From the NCBI RefSeq assembly GCF_006345805.1, contig NC_043006.1:100192001-100256000 (forward strand): a stretch of 64,000 bases of DNA. Direction: 5' to 3'. A program made the translations under genes and the position numbers. Below the pieces are notes generated by a model, which searched no databases, was not told where the DNA came from, and saw nothing but the letters and a program-made list of their open reading frames with translations. Source of the stretch: Octopus sinensis (Eukaryota). Position 1 is the first letter of the stretch. Every line of letters starts with the position of its first letter. Shown here piece after piece: positions 36,230 to 48,905 of this stretch.

Positions 36230-38720
36230 GAAGAAGAAGAGAAGAGGAAGAAGAAGAAGGAGATAGGAGATTTGAAGAATGATTGCAAATTTGAAAAATT
36301 GTAGAAACATGGTGTAGATACAAAACATCTGGCTGTTGTAATTGAAGAACTGAATCAGCGCATATCTGTCAAAAATAGGCGAAGCTAACTAGCTTTGAGC
36401 AACCGATTAAACAACAGCGGTAAAAGCAATTGTTTAGAATCGTCCAACAAAAATTTTATTAAGAAATTAATGATGATATTATACATCAGCTGCATGGCTC
36501 TGCAGCCAGAAGCAAACAACTTTTTATCCCCAGCAAGAGGTTATCCACTTCACAGAAGACAATATCAGAAATATTAGTAAAGCATAAGCAATTGGAAAGC
36601 AGCAGGACCTAATTGTATACAGAGATCCAAGATCAAAAAGGTCAGTAGGAAACATAAACTGATCGCAGAGCAATTTGAAACATTGATCGATGGAGAAGAA
36701 ATCCTGGGCTTGTTGGAAAAAGGATGAACAATGTTGTTCCTGAAGGATGCATCAAAAGGAGATGCTGGCAACAATTACAAGCCAATTATTTGCCTCCCAT
36801 TAATGTGGAAGTTACTGTCGGGAGGAATTGCAGAATAACTGTAAAACTTTCTTGATGAGACCGATATGTTACTGATGCAACAAAGGGTTGTAGGAGGAGA
36901 TGCAGAGGTACCGAAGATAGACAAAACGGTAATGCAAGATTGTAAACGAAAGAGGACAAATTTGGGAATGGCCTAGATTGATTACCACAGAGCTTATATG
37001 ATTCTATATTCATGGATCATTATGTTATATTTAAGTGAAGGCGCGTGGCTTTGTGGTTAGGGCATTCGACAGACGATTGTAAGGTCGTGAGTTCGATTTC
37101 ACCTTGCTCCAGTCCACTCAGCTGGCAAAAATGAGTTGTACCTGTATTTCAAAGGGCCGGCCTTGTCACACTTTGTATCACGCTGAATCTCCCTGAGAAC
37201 TACGTTAGGGGTACATGTGTCTGTGGATTGCTCAGTCACTTGCACGTTAATTCCACGAGCAAGCTGTTCCGTTGATCGTATCAGCTGGGACCCTCGTCGT
37301 TGTAACCGACGGAGTGCTCCTTAAATGTTATATTTATTTGGTATTGCGAGGAATGTAGCGTGTTTTCTGAAAAGAAATATGGTGAGGAGGAAAACTGATT
37401 TGACATCCAACGGAAAAACCTTGGGCACCCCGAGCATAAGATGGACTGTTCTCTGCACGACCTCTCTGTCCTTGGTACTTAGGAAAATAAACATGGGATA
37501 TCAACTAAAGGGAAAATCTCAAACAGTCAACCACCTCTATTTCATGGATAATTTGAGGCTGTATGGCAAGGAGGAGGCACATGTGAGTTCGTTCCTGAAC
37601 ACGTCCACTATTTTATTGCTGACATTAGAAAAGAATTCGGATTCAAGAAGTGTGGTATAATGTACCTGAAAAAAAGCAAGGTACAGCCTCTGATAGGGAT
37701 AGAATAACGTAATAGCGAAACAAATTGAAATCTATGACTACAAAATATCTTGGCATACTAGATAATGGCGAGATAATGGAGAAGGATACGAAAGAACAAC
37801 TGAGAATGGAATATTTCTGAAGACAAAGATTAGTGTTGCACTCGAAATTGACCGGGTGGAATAAAATCCAAGCAGTTAATACATGGGCAATAGCATCATT
37901 TCGGTATGGAGCTGGAATCATAAAATGGCAAACGAAAGAACAATTGACAGTGCACGAAGACTTCCACCCTAAGAGTGACACCGAAAGTCTGTACTTCTCG
38001 AAGAGAAAGGATAGGAAAGGTTTGATCAGTTGCTAGGATTGTGTCGAAGCAGAGGAAAACTAGTTAGGATGGTGTGAAAAAGAAACCGTGGAACCATTGC
38101 TGAAGCATCTGAGGAAGTCCGCGTCATCAAAATTGATAATTGTGTAAAGAAAGGAAAATATATAGAGAAAAAGAATGAATAAAGAAGAAACAGCATGGAA
38201 GGACAAAAACATGTACAGTCAGTCTGCAAGAGAGCTACAGAAGACCCGTGGCTGAGGATGAGGAGAAGTGACCTGAAGATAGAGACAGAAGCACTTATAT
38301 GTGTAGAAGAAGTACCAGCGTTTGAGAGGGGTGAAACTGTATGGTACATTGTTAGTGAATGCTCGGAATTGGCACTACACGATTACAAAAGACAAGAAAA
38401 TATGACAAGAGTGATACATTGGGAGCTCTATGCAAATCACGGCCTAGACAGACCTGAGATGTGGTATGAGAAAACCTGAGAAGGTATCGGGGAGAGTGAG
38501 GATTGCAAAATCATGTGGGATGTAATTATTCAGTACGACCACCTGACGAGACATCGGAAACTACAATTTGTTGTGCTGAATAAAAAAGAAAAAAAAAATT
38601 GCATGATAATCGACATAGCATTTCTCGGTGACAACACGATCAAAGTAAAAGAAGAAGAAAAACTGAACAACTACGATGATTTGAAGTGGGAAATATGAAG
38701 GTTGGGGAAAGGAGATGTGA
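36230..38720 (+). mobile_element. Older R4-like LINE, decayed, interrupted by a SINE
   Basis: [81 protein letters not shown]. Confidence 0.8.
37034..37324 (+). mobile_element. tRNA-derived SINE with 12-bp TSD
   Basis: Head GGCGCGTGGCTTTGTGGTTAGGG..GAGTTCGATT; body shared with 51680-51870; TSD ATGTTATATTTA at 37022-37033 and 37325-37336. Confidence 0.85.
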
Positions 38721-38781
38721 TAACTATAGTAATTGGTTGTATCTGGGAAGAGTCATTCTATTTTAGTGTCTTATAATTTAA

Positions 38782-38994
38782 CACACTCACCGGTAAAATT
38801 TCCACTCATTTTACCTGTTTATTTTATTATTTCTTTTTCGTTGCATCTTGAAACCTTTTCATTAGTCAGTCTGCTGACTCTGGACAGCTGACATTTTCCT
38901 TCATACCTAATAGTTATTGAAAATTCTGCAAGACGCAACGAAAACTTTAGAAAAATAAATAAGTAAATTATTAGAAATGTTACCGGTGAGTGTG
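38782..38994. mobile_element. 213-bp MITE with TTAA target duplication (piggyBac-like)
   Basis: Perfect 15-bp TIR CACACTCACCGGTAA / TTACCGGTGAGTGTG, with TTAA at 38778-38781 and 38995-38998. Confidence 0.85.
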
Positions 38995-39013
38995 TTAAAT
39001 TAGGCACTAAAAT

Positions 39014-39397
39014 GTGTTCTTAAATCAGGATAATTCTTGCCCACATACAGCGAGGATGCCATCCCAAAGGATGGAGCAGTTTGAATGGGAAACGATGCCC
39101 CACCCATCATATTCGCCGAGCATTGCCCCATTTGATTACCATTTATTCCACAGTCTTCAAAATCATTTGGACGGAAAAAATATGAATTCTGTAGACGAGG
39201 TTAGAACAGCACTGGAGGCGTATTTTTCGACTCGACAAGTGAATCTTGGAAGAGGGTCTTTGCAAGACCACCGGATAGATGGAAGAGCATTGAGGAAAAT
39301 GACCTAGAGTATACTTTAGCTGAAAAAAACTTTGTTTAACTTAATTTTGAAAAATGAACGAAGTATAAAAAACCGCATTGTTTATAGGATGACCTAA
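39014..39397 (+). mobile_element. Mariner 3' fragment
   Basis: QDNSCPHTA..HPSYSPSIAPFDYHLFHSLQNHL; ends in TIR-like ATAGGATGACCTAA followed by TA. Confidence 0.8.
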
Positions 39398-39654
39398 TAT
39401 ATGAAAGAATGGAAGATTGCATTTGTTATTGTCGCTGTAGTTGTTGATGATGATGTTGTTGCTGTTGCTTCTGTTGTTGTTGATGTTATTGTTGTTGATG
39501 ATGACGATGATGATGATGACTGTGATAATGACGTATTAATCACGAATAGCGGTTTTGTTTTGTTTTTTCAAAGCTAAGAAGTCATTTAAAAGCATGAAGC
39601 AACACTAGGTATTGTTTGAAAAGTAGTGACATTCGAAAGTGTCAGTCTTCTCAT

Positions 39655-39900
39655 TGATTGACACGAGAAGACCCTGTGACCATAATATTGCAGCAAAAGA
39701 ATATAAGTTCAGAAAATATAATCGAAATCGAAAACATGTGGCAACCCAAGACGATTACAGTACCAGTAATTGTAGGAGCACTTGGAAAGATCCAAAAAGG
39801 AAGTGACAATTATTTAAGAATGATCCCTGGCTTACCGTCCATGCGGGAAGGGCAAAAGACTGTACGTCACACATATTCAGAAGTGCATTGTTGCTCTGAA
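39655..39900 (+). mobile_element. R4-like LINE C-terminal fragment
   Basis: IEIENMWQPKTITVPVIVGALGKIQKG..IPGLPS. Confidence 0.65.
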
Positions 39901-39950
39901 TTTTCTTTCCCTTTCTCCTTCATTTATTTTGTTCTTTCATTATTTTACAC

Positions 39951-40226
39951 CTTTCAGCCATTTGATTGCAGCCATGCTGTAGCACCGTCTTTAGTCGACC
40001 AAATCGACCCCAGGACTTATTCTTTTTAAGTCTCGTACTTATTCTATCGGTGTCTTTTTCCCAAACCGCTAGATTACGGATCCACTCACAAGTCTACCAG
40101 ATCCACTCACAAGGCTTTAGTCGGCCCGAGGCTATAGTAGAAGATACTTGCCGAAGGTGCTACGCAGTGGGACTGATCCGGCGATATGAGGTTGGGAAGC
40201 AAGCTTCTTACCACACAGCCATGCCT
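39951..40226 (-). mobile_element. CORE-like SINE
   Basis: Same family as 10150-10526 (GCTATAGTAGAAGATACTTGCCGAAGGTGCTACGCAGTGGGACTG). Confidence 0.75.
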
Positions 40227-41440
40227 GTCCATAAAAACTGAAGTCGATACGTGCTTACGAACCGGGGACGTCTCTTTGCTTACTTTTTTTATTTTTTATT
40301 TTCTCTTTTTTCTTTCTGTCCTTCTTCTCCATTCCCCCCATCATATGACTTTGTAAAGGAACGATCTGGTGTGTTTAATTTAATGGCCTACCAATGTATG
40401 TAATGCGTTTCTCTGCTCTAGGTGTCAGGAAGACATTCGGCAAGAAATGGAAACAGAATTGAAAGATGATAATGAAAATAACGATGATAATGATAATGCG
40501 AAGGATAAAAGGAAGAAGAAGGAAAGGAAGAAGAAATACTTATGCATGAATGAAATGAAGAGGTTTGTTGTCGGTGTTGTTGTTGTGATGATGATGATGA
40601 TGATGACTGTGATAATGTCGTATCAATTCAGAATAGCGGAGTTATTTTACTTTATTTTTTATCAAAGCTAAGAAGCCATTTAAATGCATGAAGTACTGCT
40701 TCCTATTGTCTGAAACTTAGTGACATTTAAAATTGTCAAGAAAAATAATTGCTGTACTGCGTGTAAAAGTGCAGATGAAGCAAGAAGATGATATGTTAGA
40801 AATCATTATCAATTATCTTTGTACATCCACATAGAAATCCGATAAGTTATTTAGTGTAACATGATAATAATTTGGATATCAAACCGTTTAAGAGTGCAGC
40901 AATGAAATACTTATAAGAAACTCCAAGGTTTAAACAATTACAATTCAATTCAGTAACGGGAAAGAGAGAGATTTGTAACTCAAGAAATGAGTCGCAGAAA
41001 GGATTAAAAATATATGGAAATTCATTATTCGTATTGTGTACAGCAAAATATGAAGCGATGATTTGTATATTCAGTCTCAATCTCCTGCAGATTGAGGCAG
41101 AGATAGGCCAGTTGCTGTTCCCCCTTTTTCCAACAACAGCACGTGCTTCGACATTTGTGTCTCATTAGCCACAAATCACTACCTTTGAGTCTAAACATGT
41201 CACTGCCTTTGTTTACAATTTCAGTGAATAAACTGCTTTCACGTCAGTACTCCTATCTCCCAAGTCATAAAAAGATCATTGTTTGTACTGTGTCCTGCAA
41301 GATATACGGCTTTTATAAGATTATTAAAAATATTTAAGCAGCTTTTATATTAAAATCAAAAAAGGCCTCAACAGTTTTATAGGAGATACATGTTTAAAGT
41401 TAAAAGCAGTTCGTTTTGCAGAATGCATTCCAAATACCAT

Positions 41441-43056
41441 ACAACAACTATTAAAGGGAGTTCTATGAACAAATTATTAACAAAAGATGTAAGAACAACT
41501 TATCTATGCACTAATTATTAGGTGCACATCACTGAACACATCAATGGGAAATCTATGAACAAATTACTAAGGGAAGATTTATGAACTAATTATTAAAGGG
41601 AGATCTATAAACAAATTATTAAATGAAGATCTATGAACAAATTATTAACCGTAACTCTAAGAATAAATTCAGGGAAGGTCTATGAACAAAGTATTAAGGG
41701 AAGATGAACGAATTACTACAACATCTATGAAAAATTATTAAGAGTAGATATACGAACAAATTATTAAAGGTAGATCTTTGTACAAATTACGAAGGGGGAT
41801 CTATGAATGAAGTATTTCGTGTGCATCTATTAACAATTTATAAAGAGATCTATGAACAAATTATGAAGGGAATGTCAATCGACAAATATTTTAGATGTGA
41901 GCTATAAAGAGATTATTAAAGGAAATCTATTAAACGAATTGTTAACGGAAGAGGGTAAATCTATGAGAACATTATCAAGGGAAGCTCCCTGGACATATTT
42001 TAAGGTGAGATTCATGAACAAATTATTGAGGGAAGAACTATGATCATATATTATTAAGGGTAGATCTTATAACAAATTATTAAGAGGGGATCTATGAACT
42101 AAAGGGAAGGTCTATCAACAAATTATTACGGGGTGATTTATGAACAGATTGTTAAGGGTAGATCTAAGAACAAATTATTAAAGGAAGATGTATAAACACA
42201 TTTTTAAGTGAAAATCTATGAATAATAGAAGGGGTGGTCAATAAACAAATTATTAAGAGAGGATCTCTGAACAAATTATAAAGTAAGGACTTTTAAAGAA
42301 GTTATAAAGGGTAGATGACCAAATTTTTAAGGTAAGATCTATGAACAAATTATTAAGGGTAGATCTGTTTTAAAAATTATGAAGGGCTGATCTATGCACA
42401 TATTATTAATGGAAAATCGATGAACAAATCATTAGGCGAAGATCTGTGTAAAAATTATCTGTGTAAAAATTATCATGAACAAACTGTTAAGTGCAGATCT
42501 ATGAAACAATTTTTAAAGAAAGATCTGAATAATTATGTGAAAGTCTATGAACAAATTAGTAAGGGGAAATCTATGATCAGGATGTTAAGGGAAGATCTAG
42601 GAACAACTCATTAAGGGAACATCCATTCTATAAACAAATCATTAATAGTAGATCTATGAACAAATTATTAAGAGGAAATCTATGAACAAATTTGTTAGGG
42701 AAGAATTATGAACAGATTATTAAGTTGAGATCTATGGAACAAATTATTAGTGAAAAATCTATGTACAAATTATTAATGGGAAGTCTATTAACAAATTATT
42801 CAGGGAAGATCTATGAACAAATTATTAAGGGTAGATCTATAAACAGATAATCCACAGAACGAAATATTAGTGGAAGATCTATGAACAAATTATTAAGGGA
42901 AGATCTATAAACAGATTATCTATAGAAGGAAATATTAGTGGAAGATCTATGAACAAATTATTAAGGGAAGATCTATAAACAGATTATCTATAGAAGGAAA
43001 TATTAGTGGAAGATCTATGGACAAATTATTAAGGGAAGATCTATGAACAAATAATG
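41441..43056 (+). repeat. 26-27-bp minisatellite array (about 60 units) with terminal 68-bp higher-order repeats
   Basis: Consensus GATCTATGAACAAATTATTAAGGGAA. Unit starts at 42808, 42876, 42944 and 43012 are exactly 68 bp apart. Confidence 0.9.
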
Positions 43057-43190
43057 TTTCCAGTACAAAATAAAGGAATGACATTTCTTATTCAGTTAGG
43101 GAACAGAGAATAAAGACCTCATTGCATTTTACAGATCTTTCCTACAGAAATAATTCATTGCTATATCCATCATTGCTGTTTTTTTTATTA

Positions 43191-43776
43191 TTATAAGAGT
43201 GTGTAATTTTTACTGCGTGCTTCGACTCCATAATCGGACATAGCGAGGGGCGCCTGCAATGTTCAATTTGATTTTTAAAAAATAGTTTCTATCATACGTG
43301 CGTTACAATGAATTAAGTTGCATGCATTTTGGTGAGCTTAACAACATAATCTTAACACGCATTTTAGTGAAATTTAAGCTTGAAACACAAAGAGTTATTG
43401 AAGATATCAAAGCATCTTTTCCCACATTCATATAGTTACCACAACTCACCTGTCTGGGTATGTTTCTTTTTATTAATATATCAATCCTGCTTAGTGATAA
43501 TGGTTATAGTTTTGTAGGCACTCCAACAAACCTCCACACTGATGAGTATTCAATAACTAAAGGGCATTAAAAATATCATGAATAAATACACGAAGATTAA
43601 AAATGCAATATACATAGAGCAAAAGAGGTTTCGATGTGAGAAGATTATACTTCGACACCTGTTTCCCCTCTATTCACATAATTGAAGTAAAAATGATAAA
43701 GTGTTATTTATAATACAGAAGACTTATATAATATATATATATATATATAATATATATATATATATTATATATATAT

Positions 43777-43811
<35 letters not shown>

Positions 43812-44238
43812 TTATGTATGTATACATATATATATATAGAGAGGAGACAAAGAGGGAAATGGTTAATCGAAAGGATAAAAAAAGAGTGTTTAACACATAA
43901 AAAGAAGGTCTACGAAAGTATTAAAATACTTTGAAAACGAAGGTATTAGATATAAGTATGTTATCAAAATATCTCGGGATGGGATACACAGTCATTGTAA
44001 CATTGCCTTCGGCTGTGTAAGCATATGAAGGATGTCACATAACTTCCGTATATATATATGAAATACAAAGAAATCGCAATATCAGATGATGTACCCATTG
44101 AATGTAAAGATTTATCGACACATTGTAACGCACGTATGATAGAAAATATTTTTTAAAACTCAAATTGAACATTGCAGGCGTCCCTCACTATGTCCGATTA
44201 TGGAGTCGAAGCACGCAGTAAAAATAACACTCTTATAA
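43191..44238. mobile_element. Non-autonomous element with about 80-bp TIRs
   Basis: 43191-43270 is the near-perfect reverse complement of 44161-44238. The interior is non-coding with a (TA)n tract. Confidence 0.8.
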
Positions 44239-44275
44239 TAATAAAAAAACAGCAATGGATATAGCAATGTTGTTA

Positions 44276-44341
44276 ATAATAATAATGATAATAATAATAA
44301 TAATAATAATGATGATGATGATAATGATGATGATAATGATA

Positions 44342-44433
<92 letters not shown>

Positions 44434-44466
44434 GATGATGATGATGATGATCATGATAACCATAAC

Positions 44467-44515
<49 letters not shown>
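44276..44515. repeat. (AAT)/(GAT) microsatellite
   Basis: Directly visible. Confidence 0.95.
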
Positions 44516-45499
44516 GCTATAAAAATCATATTGAAGCCCATATCCCTATTCTCTTTAAACTTCATTTCCCTTTAAGATACGGTAGCAGCAGAAAAAAAAA
44601 AAGAAATAGTATAAACAAAACAAGAAATTTTCAATTTCGACATGAAATATAACCATTTCTTACAATGACAGGAAGCAAATATATTTTTTAAAAGCAGCTA
44701 TATTAGCAAGAATATTCTGCTTATGAAATACTGGCACCAAACTAACCATTTTAAATTCAGACAAAAATATTCATGAATATTTTATGGACGAAATCACATT
44801 TTTTCATAGGGTTTTTTTTTTTTCTCCACTCGAGTTTCAGTAGAAAGTTCAAAATTTAGTAATATTCGTGCTTGCATTATTATTTCTTTCGAAAATTGTT
44901 GTCGTTATTGTTGTCGCCATTGTTGCTGCTTGAAAAACCATAGAGCTAATTTGCTTTTGACATCTTCCGTTGCTTGTTTCCATATTGGCTTCATGTTTGA
45001 AGAGTTATTTCATTTATTGAATAAAAAATGGAACACTACTTCATGGAAATAACGAAGACAGAAATGTTCTTTACCGACGAAAATCTATACATACACGCAT
45101 AAAATGTACGATAAACGTATCATAGCGACAATGCATAAGCTATTTTCAAATTAGAGCTCATTTTCTTCACATATCTGCATATGATCGTGTATGTATACAA
45201 GTACATACATACACATATGCACGTATCTATGTGTGTGCTTGCGCGCGCGCGTACATATGTATGTAAAGTACGTGAGTGTGTGTGCGCGTTTCAGTATAGC
45301 GCATGTGGTTTCGTGTGTGTGCGTGTGTATTGTATGTGTGTGTGTGTATGTGTGTGTGTGTGTGTGTAAAGTTCTGCACGTTCATATTTGTCATGTTCTT
45401 GTACAGTCAACCTTCGCTGTGGAAATTTCCCGGAGAGAAAATTCTCCTCATAAACATGTGTGAAATGACACGGCGCTAAAGAACGAATAGCCACATTAT

Positions 45500-45545
45500 A
45501 CTGCAAAACACGGGTTTCTGCGCTGTTATGCCTCATCAGCTCAGT
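45500..45545 (-). ncRNA. Degenerate type I hammerhead
   Basis: ACTGAG-CTGATGA-GGCATAACAGCGCA-GAAA-CCCGTG-TT-TTGCAGT. The core is intact, but stems I and II are imperfect. Confidence 0.4.
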
Positions 45546-46200
45546 CACTGAATCCGTTGTTTGTAGACCAACTGTGATTCTTGTATCTAAACAGATTCGC
45601 TGTCTGTAAGTAACGGAGCATAAGAAGAAAGAAACTCGTGTTCTACAGTTCGGTGAAGTCAGAAACTAATGTGCGCTTTAGAAATATTCTCTATAACCAG
45701 AATTACTCTCCCGAGACAGTTTACGTTGACTAGATATTTACACGTTTGTATGTACGGAGACTTGTTAAATACAACTGTACATGCTATGATTTTAATATCA
45801 TTACCGGTTCGAGAGCCTCTAATATATCCTTGCATACTTGACCTATGCTGCATGCTGTCACTCTGAATTCACAATCCTGCGATCAGTCATACAGATATAT
45901 ACACTCAGACAGACACTGGACAATTGAAGCGTGAGCTCACCGTTTCATTCTTCAATACAGTTCGGTAGACTTGCAGATTATGTATGTCCTGTAATTTACA
46001 ACCGAAATAATTCTCCGAAAAGAAAGACGGAAATATATTTTACTCCTAAGAGTAAACAACTCACCACACTTGATATGTTATTCATGTATTAGGATAACTG
46101 TTTCTGTTGTGAAGATTTCTGTGACCTATACGTACTGACTAAACTTTCAGTCATAAAACAGCTTCCGTAAAGTTCCACATACGTGATATCTCACCATAGA
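45500..46200 (-). mobile_element. Decayed Penelope-like element 3' end (GIY-YIG endonuclease plus hammerhead)
   Basis: Minus strand about 45848-45932 reads RFNCPV/CLSVYICMTDRRIVNSE*QH, matching the F-x-C-x2-C-x2-V-Y-I-G-x-T-x-R-x-L-x2-R-x2-E-H pattern with decay. It is followed by IKIIA and then an HHR-like motif. Confidence 0.55.
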
Positions 46201-46234
46201 GAATTTTATTGAGACTAATGTTGTCATCTTTGTC

Positions 46235-47100
46235 ACCAGTAAGGCTTCCGATAGTGTCTAGAATGGAGATCTTCTATCAAAGCTACCTACCTCCAGGATC
46301 CAAGCGTCTTTCATCTCATGGAACAGCAGCTTCCTAACAAATTGCACTATTGCAGAGTGTGTTGATGGTGCTCTTTCTGTACCCCACTATTTAAAGCCTG
46401 GCTTACCCCATAGTATGGTTCAAGTCCACGCTCTTCCATCTCTACATCAATCACCTACTTATCATCGTTTCCAAATACACTTCCTCTTATGTACATTATA
46501 TAACACTTCATTCTTCACTAATATTCCCCAACAATGTATTATCTATATTCAACCAAAATTCCAAACACCGAACTGGCACCAATTCCATGAACAGAAACCT
46601 AGAAATTATCCTCCAACGAAAATACTTCTCTTCTTTCTCTTAAAAATAAGAAAACAAATTCTATTCATATCAAGAAAGTTAAAATAATTATTTGAACCAT
46701 GCCAATCGAAATAAATTACAAAGCAACGATTTGAACCTATTGCAATTAACGACAATATAAAATAAAACCCCTCGAGGAACAAACCGTTAGCTACAAACAG
46801 GCAATAACACTTCTTACATTGCAATCTCCTATCCTGCTTCCACATAACAGTAATTCAACCAGGTACTTAGTGAATTCAGCAAACGATTCTTTTATTATAC
46901 AAATGCATCTTCCTCTTCGAGATTAACTTATTCAAATTTCCCACTCCATAGCTCCTTTGTCATCCAAACCACCTGGGCATTCACTACAAATAAATACTTG
47001 ACACACAAACACTACCATAAACGCTACATCCTGCAACTATCCAACATGACAACTCTGACTGATGCTCCGCTTTACAAGTCTGATTGATTCCCGACTTTAC
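46235..47100 (+). mobile_element. CR1/Jockey-group LINE RT remnant
   Basis: SKASDSV*NGDLLSKLP..ISWNSSFLTN..VDGALS..PG(L)P..PTLFHLYINHL. Confidence 0.7.
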
Positions 47101-47221
47101 ATTGCCAGTATATTCATTGCTTTATTGAAGAATTTCAGTACTATGTCGCCCCTATACTGATATATCCCCACGGTAGCTGGGGAGATATATCAATATAGGG
47201 CGTGGAGATTGGTGACGTACC

Positions 47222-47497
47222 GTAAAAGAGGGAACACAAAGGAATGACAGAGAGAGGAGAAATGGAAAGACAAGAAAATACGTCAAGAAACTATGACATT
47301 ACAACCAGCCAGGAAAGGTCTTCGCTACATTTGCAGCACCCTGTCAGATGGAGTGTTTGTCCAGGATAGGACTACACAGTCACAGCAGGAAATGTATTAG
47401 GACATGAAATGTAGAAGCCGGACTTGATTATTTTATGCGCAACTCCATTGTCTCCCGAGACAAAAAGGATGCCAACAACAACAACAACAACAACAAC
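47222..47497 (+). mobile_element. RTE (BovB-like) LINE 3' end with (CAA)n tail
   Basis: C-terminal ICSTL..GVFVQDRTTQS region, with an alternate-frame ECLSRIGLHSHSR matching the RTE CxSRIGLxSH motif, then ATTGTCTCCCGAGACAAAAAGGATGCCA(ACA)n. Confidence 0.55.
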
Positions 47498-47930
47498 GAT
47501 ATGGATATATATCTGCAATGCTATGGTTATATGTACTCCTTCCTCTACTCAAATATGCATACACGTATTTCCACATCCACATCTTTACACTCCGTTTAGC
47601 TTTAAGCACACGCGCAGAATTTAATAAAGCTTTTCACACTTTTTTTTTTTAGCATAATAGAGATTCTTTCTCCATGGTAACTGCAGTGTGTTTCCCTTTA
47701 GCATTTGAAATATGTGACAAATATATTTCAGCTAACCTACATTCTGCTTATACCTAAACACTGCTTTGCGCCAATGATCCGTTAATATATATATGTATAT
47801 ATATATATTCAAACATATAAGTGATGACCATAATAGGACAACCGACTCACTAGAAAGAGCAGCCAAACTCCAAACCACTAATAGTTGTAATTCTGGAATG
47901 GAAAGAGAAATAAAAACGTTTACCCTCTCC

Positions 47931-48011
47931 TTTCTGGACTATGCATAGTTTCGTCAATCTTTGTAAATAAAATAAATTTATTTACCACTGGCGTTGCCTC
48001 TTCAGCAGAAA
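47931..48011 (-). ncRNA. Type I hammerhead ribozyme (left arm)
   Basis: TTTCTG-CTGAAGA-GGCAA...TTGAC-GAAA-CTATGCATAG-TC-CAGAAA, with one stem II mismatch. Confidence 0.8.
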
Positions 48012-48166
48012 CGCCAAGGACTACCATATATCCACGCGGCGATAATAAACGTGCCTCGAGTCTATATGCTATAAGTTTTCAAAATCCACCACACTCGAGC
48101 GGTTTTCTCAGCAGTAAATATAAACTGCCGATTTAATTTCGAAATTAGCCAAATTAGTCCTTGGCT

Positions 48167-48247
48167 TTTCTGCTGAAGAGGCAACGCCAGTGGTAAATAA
48201 ATTTATTTTATATACAAAGATTGCCGAAACTATGCATAGTCCAGAAA
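48167..48247 (+). ncRNA. Type I hammerhead ribozyme (right arm, canonical)
   Basis: TTTCTG-CTGAAGA-GGCAA...TTGCC-GAAA-CTATGCATAG-TC-CAGAAA. All core nucleotides are canonical, stem III is palindromic, and cleavage is predicted after C48241. Confidence 0.9.
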
Positions 48248-48905
48248 GGAGAGGGTAAACGTTTTTATTTCTCGTTCCATTTCAGAATTACAACTATTAG
48301 TGGTTTGGAGTTTGGCTGTTCTTTCTAGTGAGTCGGATGTCCTCTTATGGTCATCCCTTATATGTTTAAATGCATATTACATAGTCTATTGACTATTTTT
48401 TCTTTCTCACTTGACCGCTGGTAGCGGAGAATTTTTCTAGAATTTTTTGCTACCCTAAAATTTATTAATATATATGTGTATACATATATATATATAAAAT
48501 AATAGTTATCGCCATACTAATATGGCATTCTTATAAAAATAAGAAAAAAGCTGTCCGCTTATTAGCTCCATGAGGCCATCGCCTTAAGTTAGCTATTTGA
48601 TACACAACTGTATCCATATAACCTTGTTCGAAGGTTATATGGATACAGTTTGTGTATCAAATAGCTAACTTAAGGCGATGGCCTCATGGAGCTAATAAGC
48701 GGACAGCTTTTTCTTATTTTTATAAGAATGCATATTAGTATGGCGATAACTATTATTCCGGGAACGCCTGCCGCTGTTCTCTTTTAGAGAGACTTAGTTA
48801 TTTTAATATTTCTATATTGAAAATAAGTGGATGTATTCCACTGAAACTAGGTAAATAAAACCATCGAACAGAGATTGTCGGAAGCGACACCTACTGGCTG
48901 GCTAC

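Larger units (their letters stand above)
47811..48367. repeat. Foldback element: about 213-bp inverted arms, each carrying an HHR, with a 131-bp spacer
   Basis: 47811-48023 and 48155-48367 are reverse complements with scattered substitutions; the left end abuts (TA)n. Confidence 0.9.

Noticed and set aside
41441-43056. CRISPR-like appearance of the 26-27-bp array, and of the 24-nt array at 56716
   Set aside because: Units are contiguous with no unique spacers, no cas genes are present, and the context is eukaryotic.
47811-48367. Treating all inverted duplications as sequencing foldback artefacts or ordinary MITEs
   Set aside because: The arms here and at 12.1-12.9 kb differ by substitutions, and each structure carries an HHR in a consistent position. 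An artefact contribution remains possible for 4107-5254 and 48497-49521.
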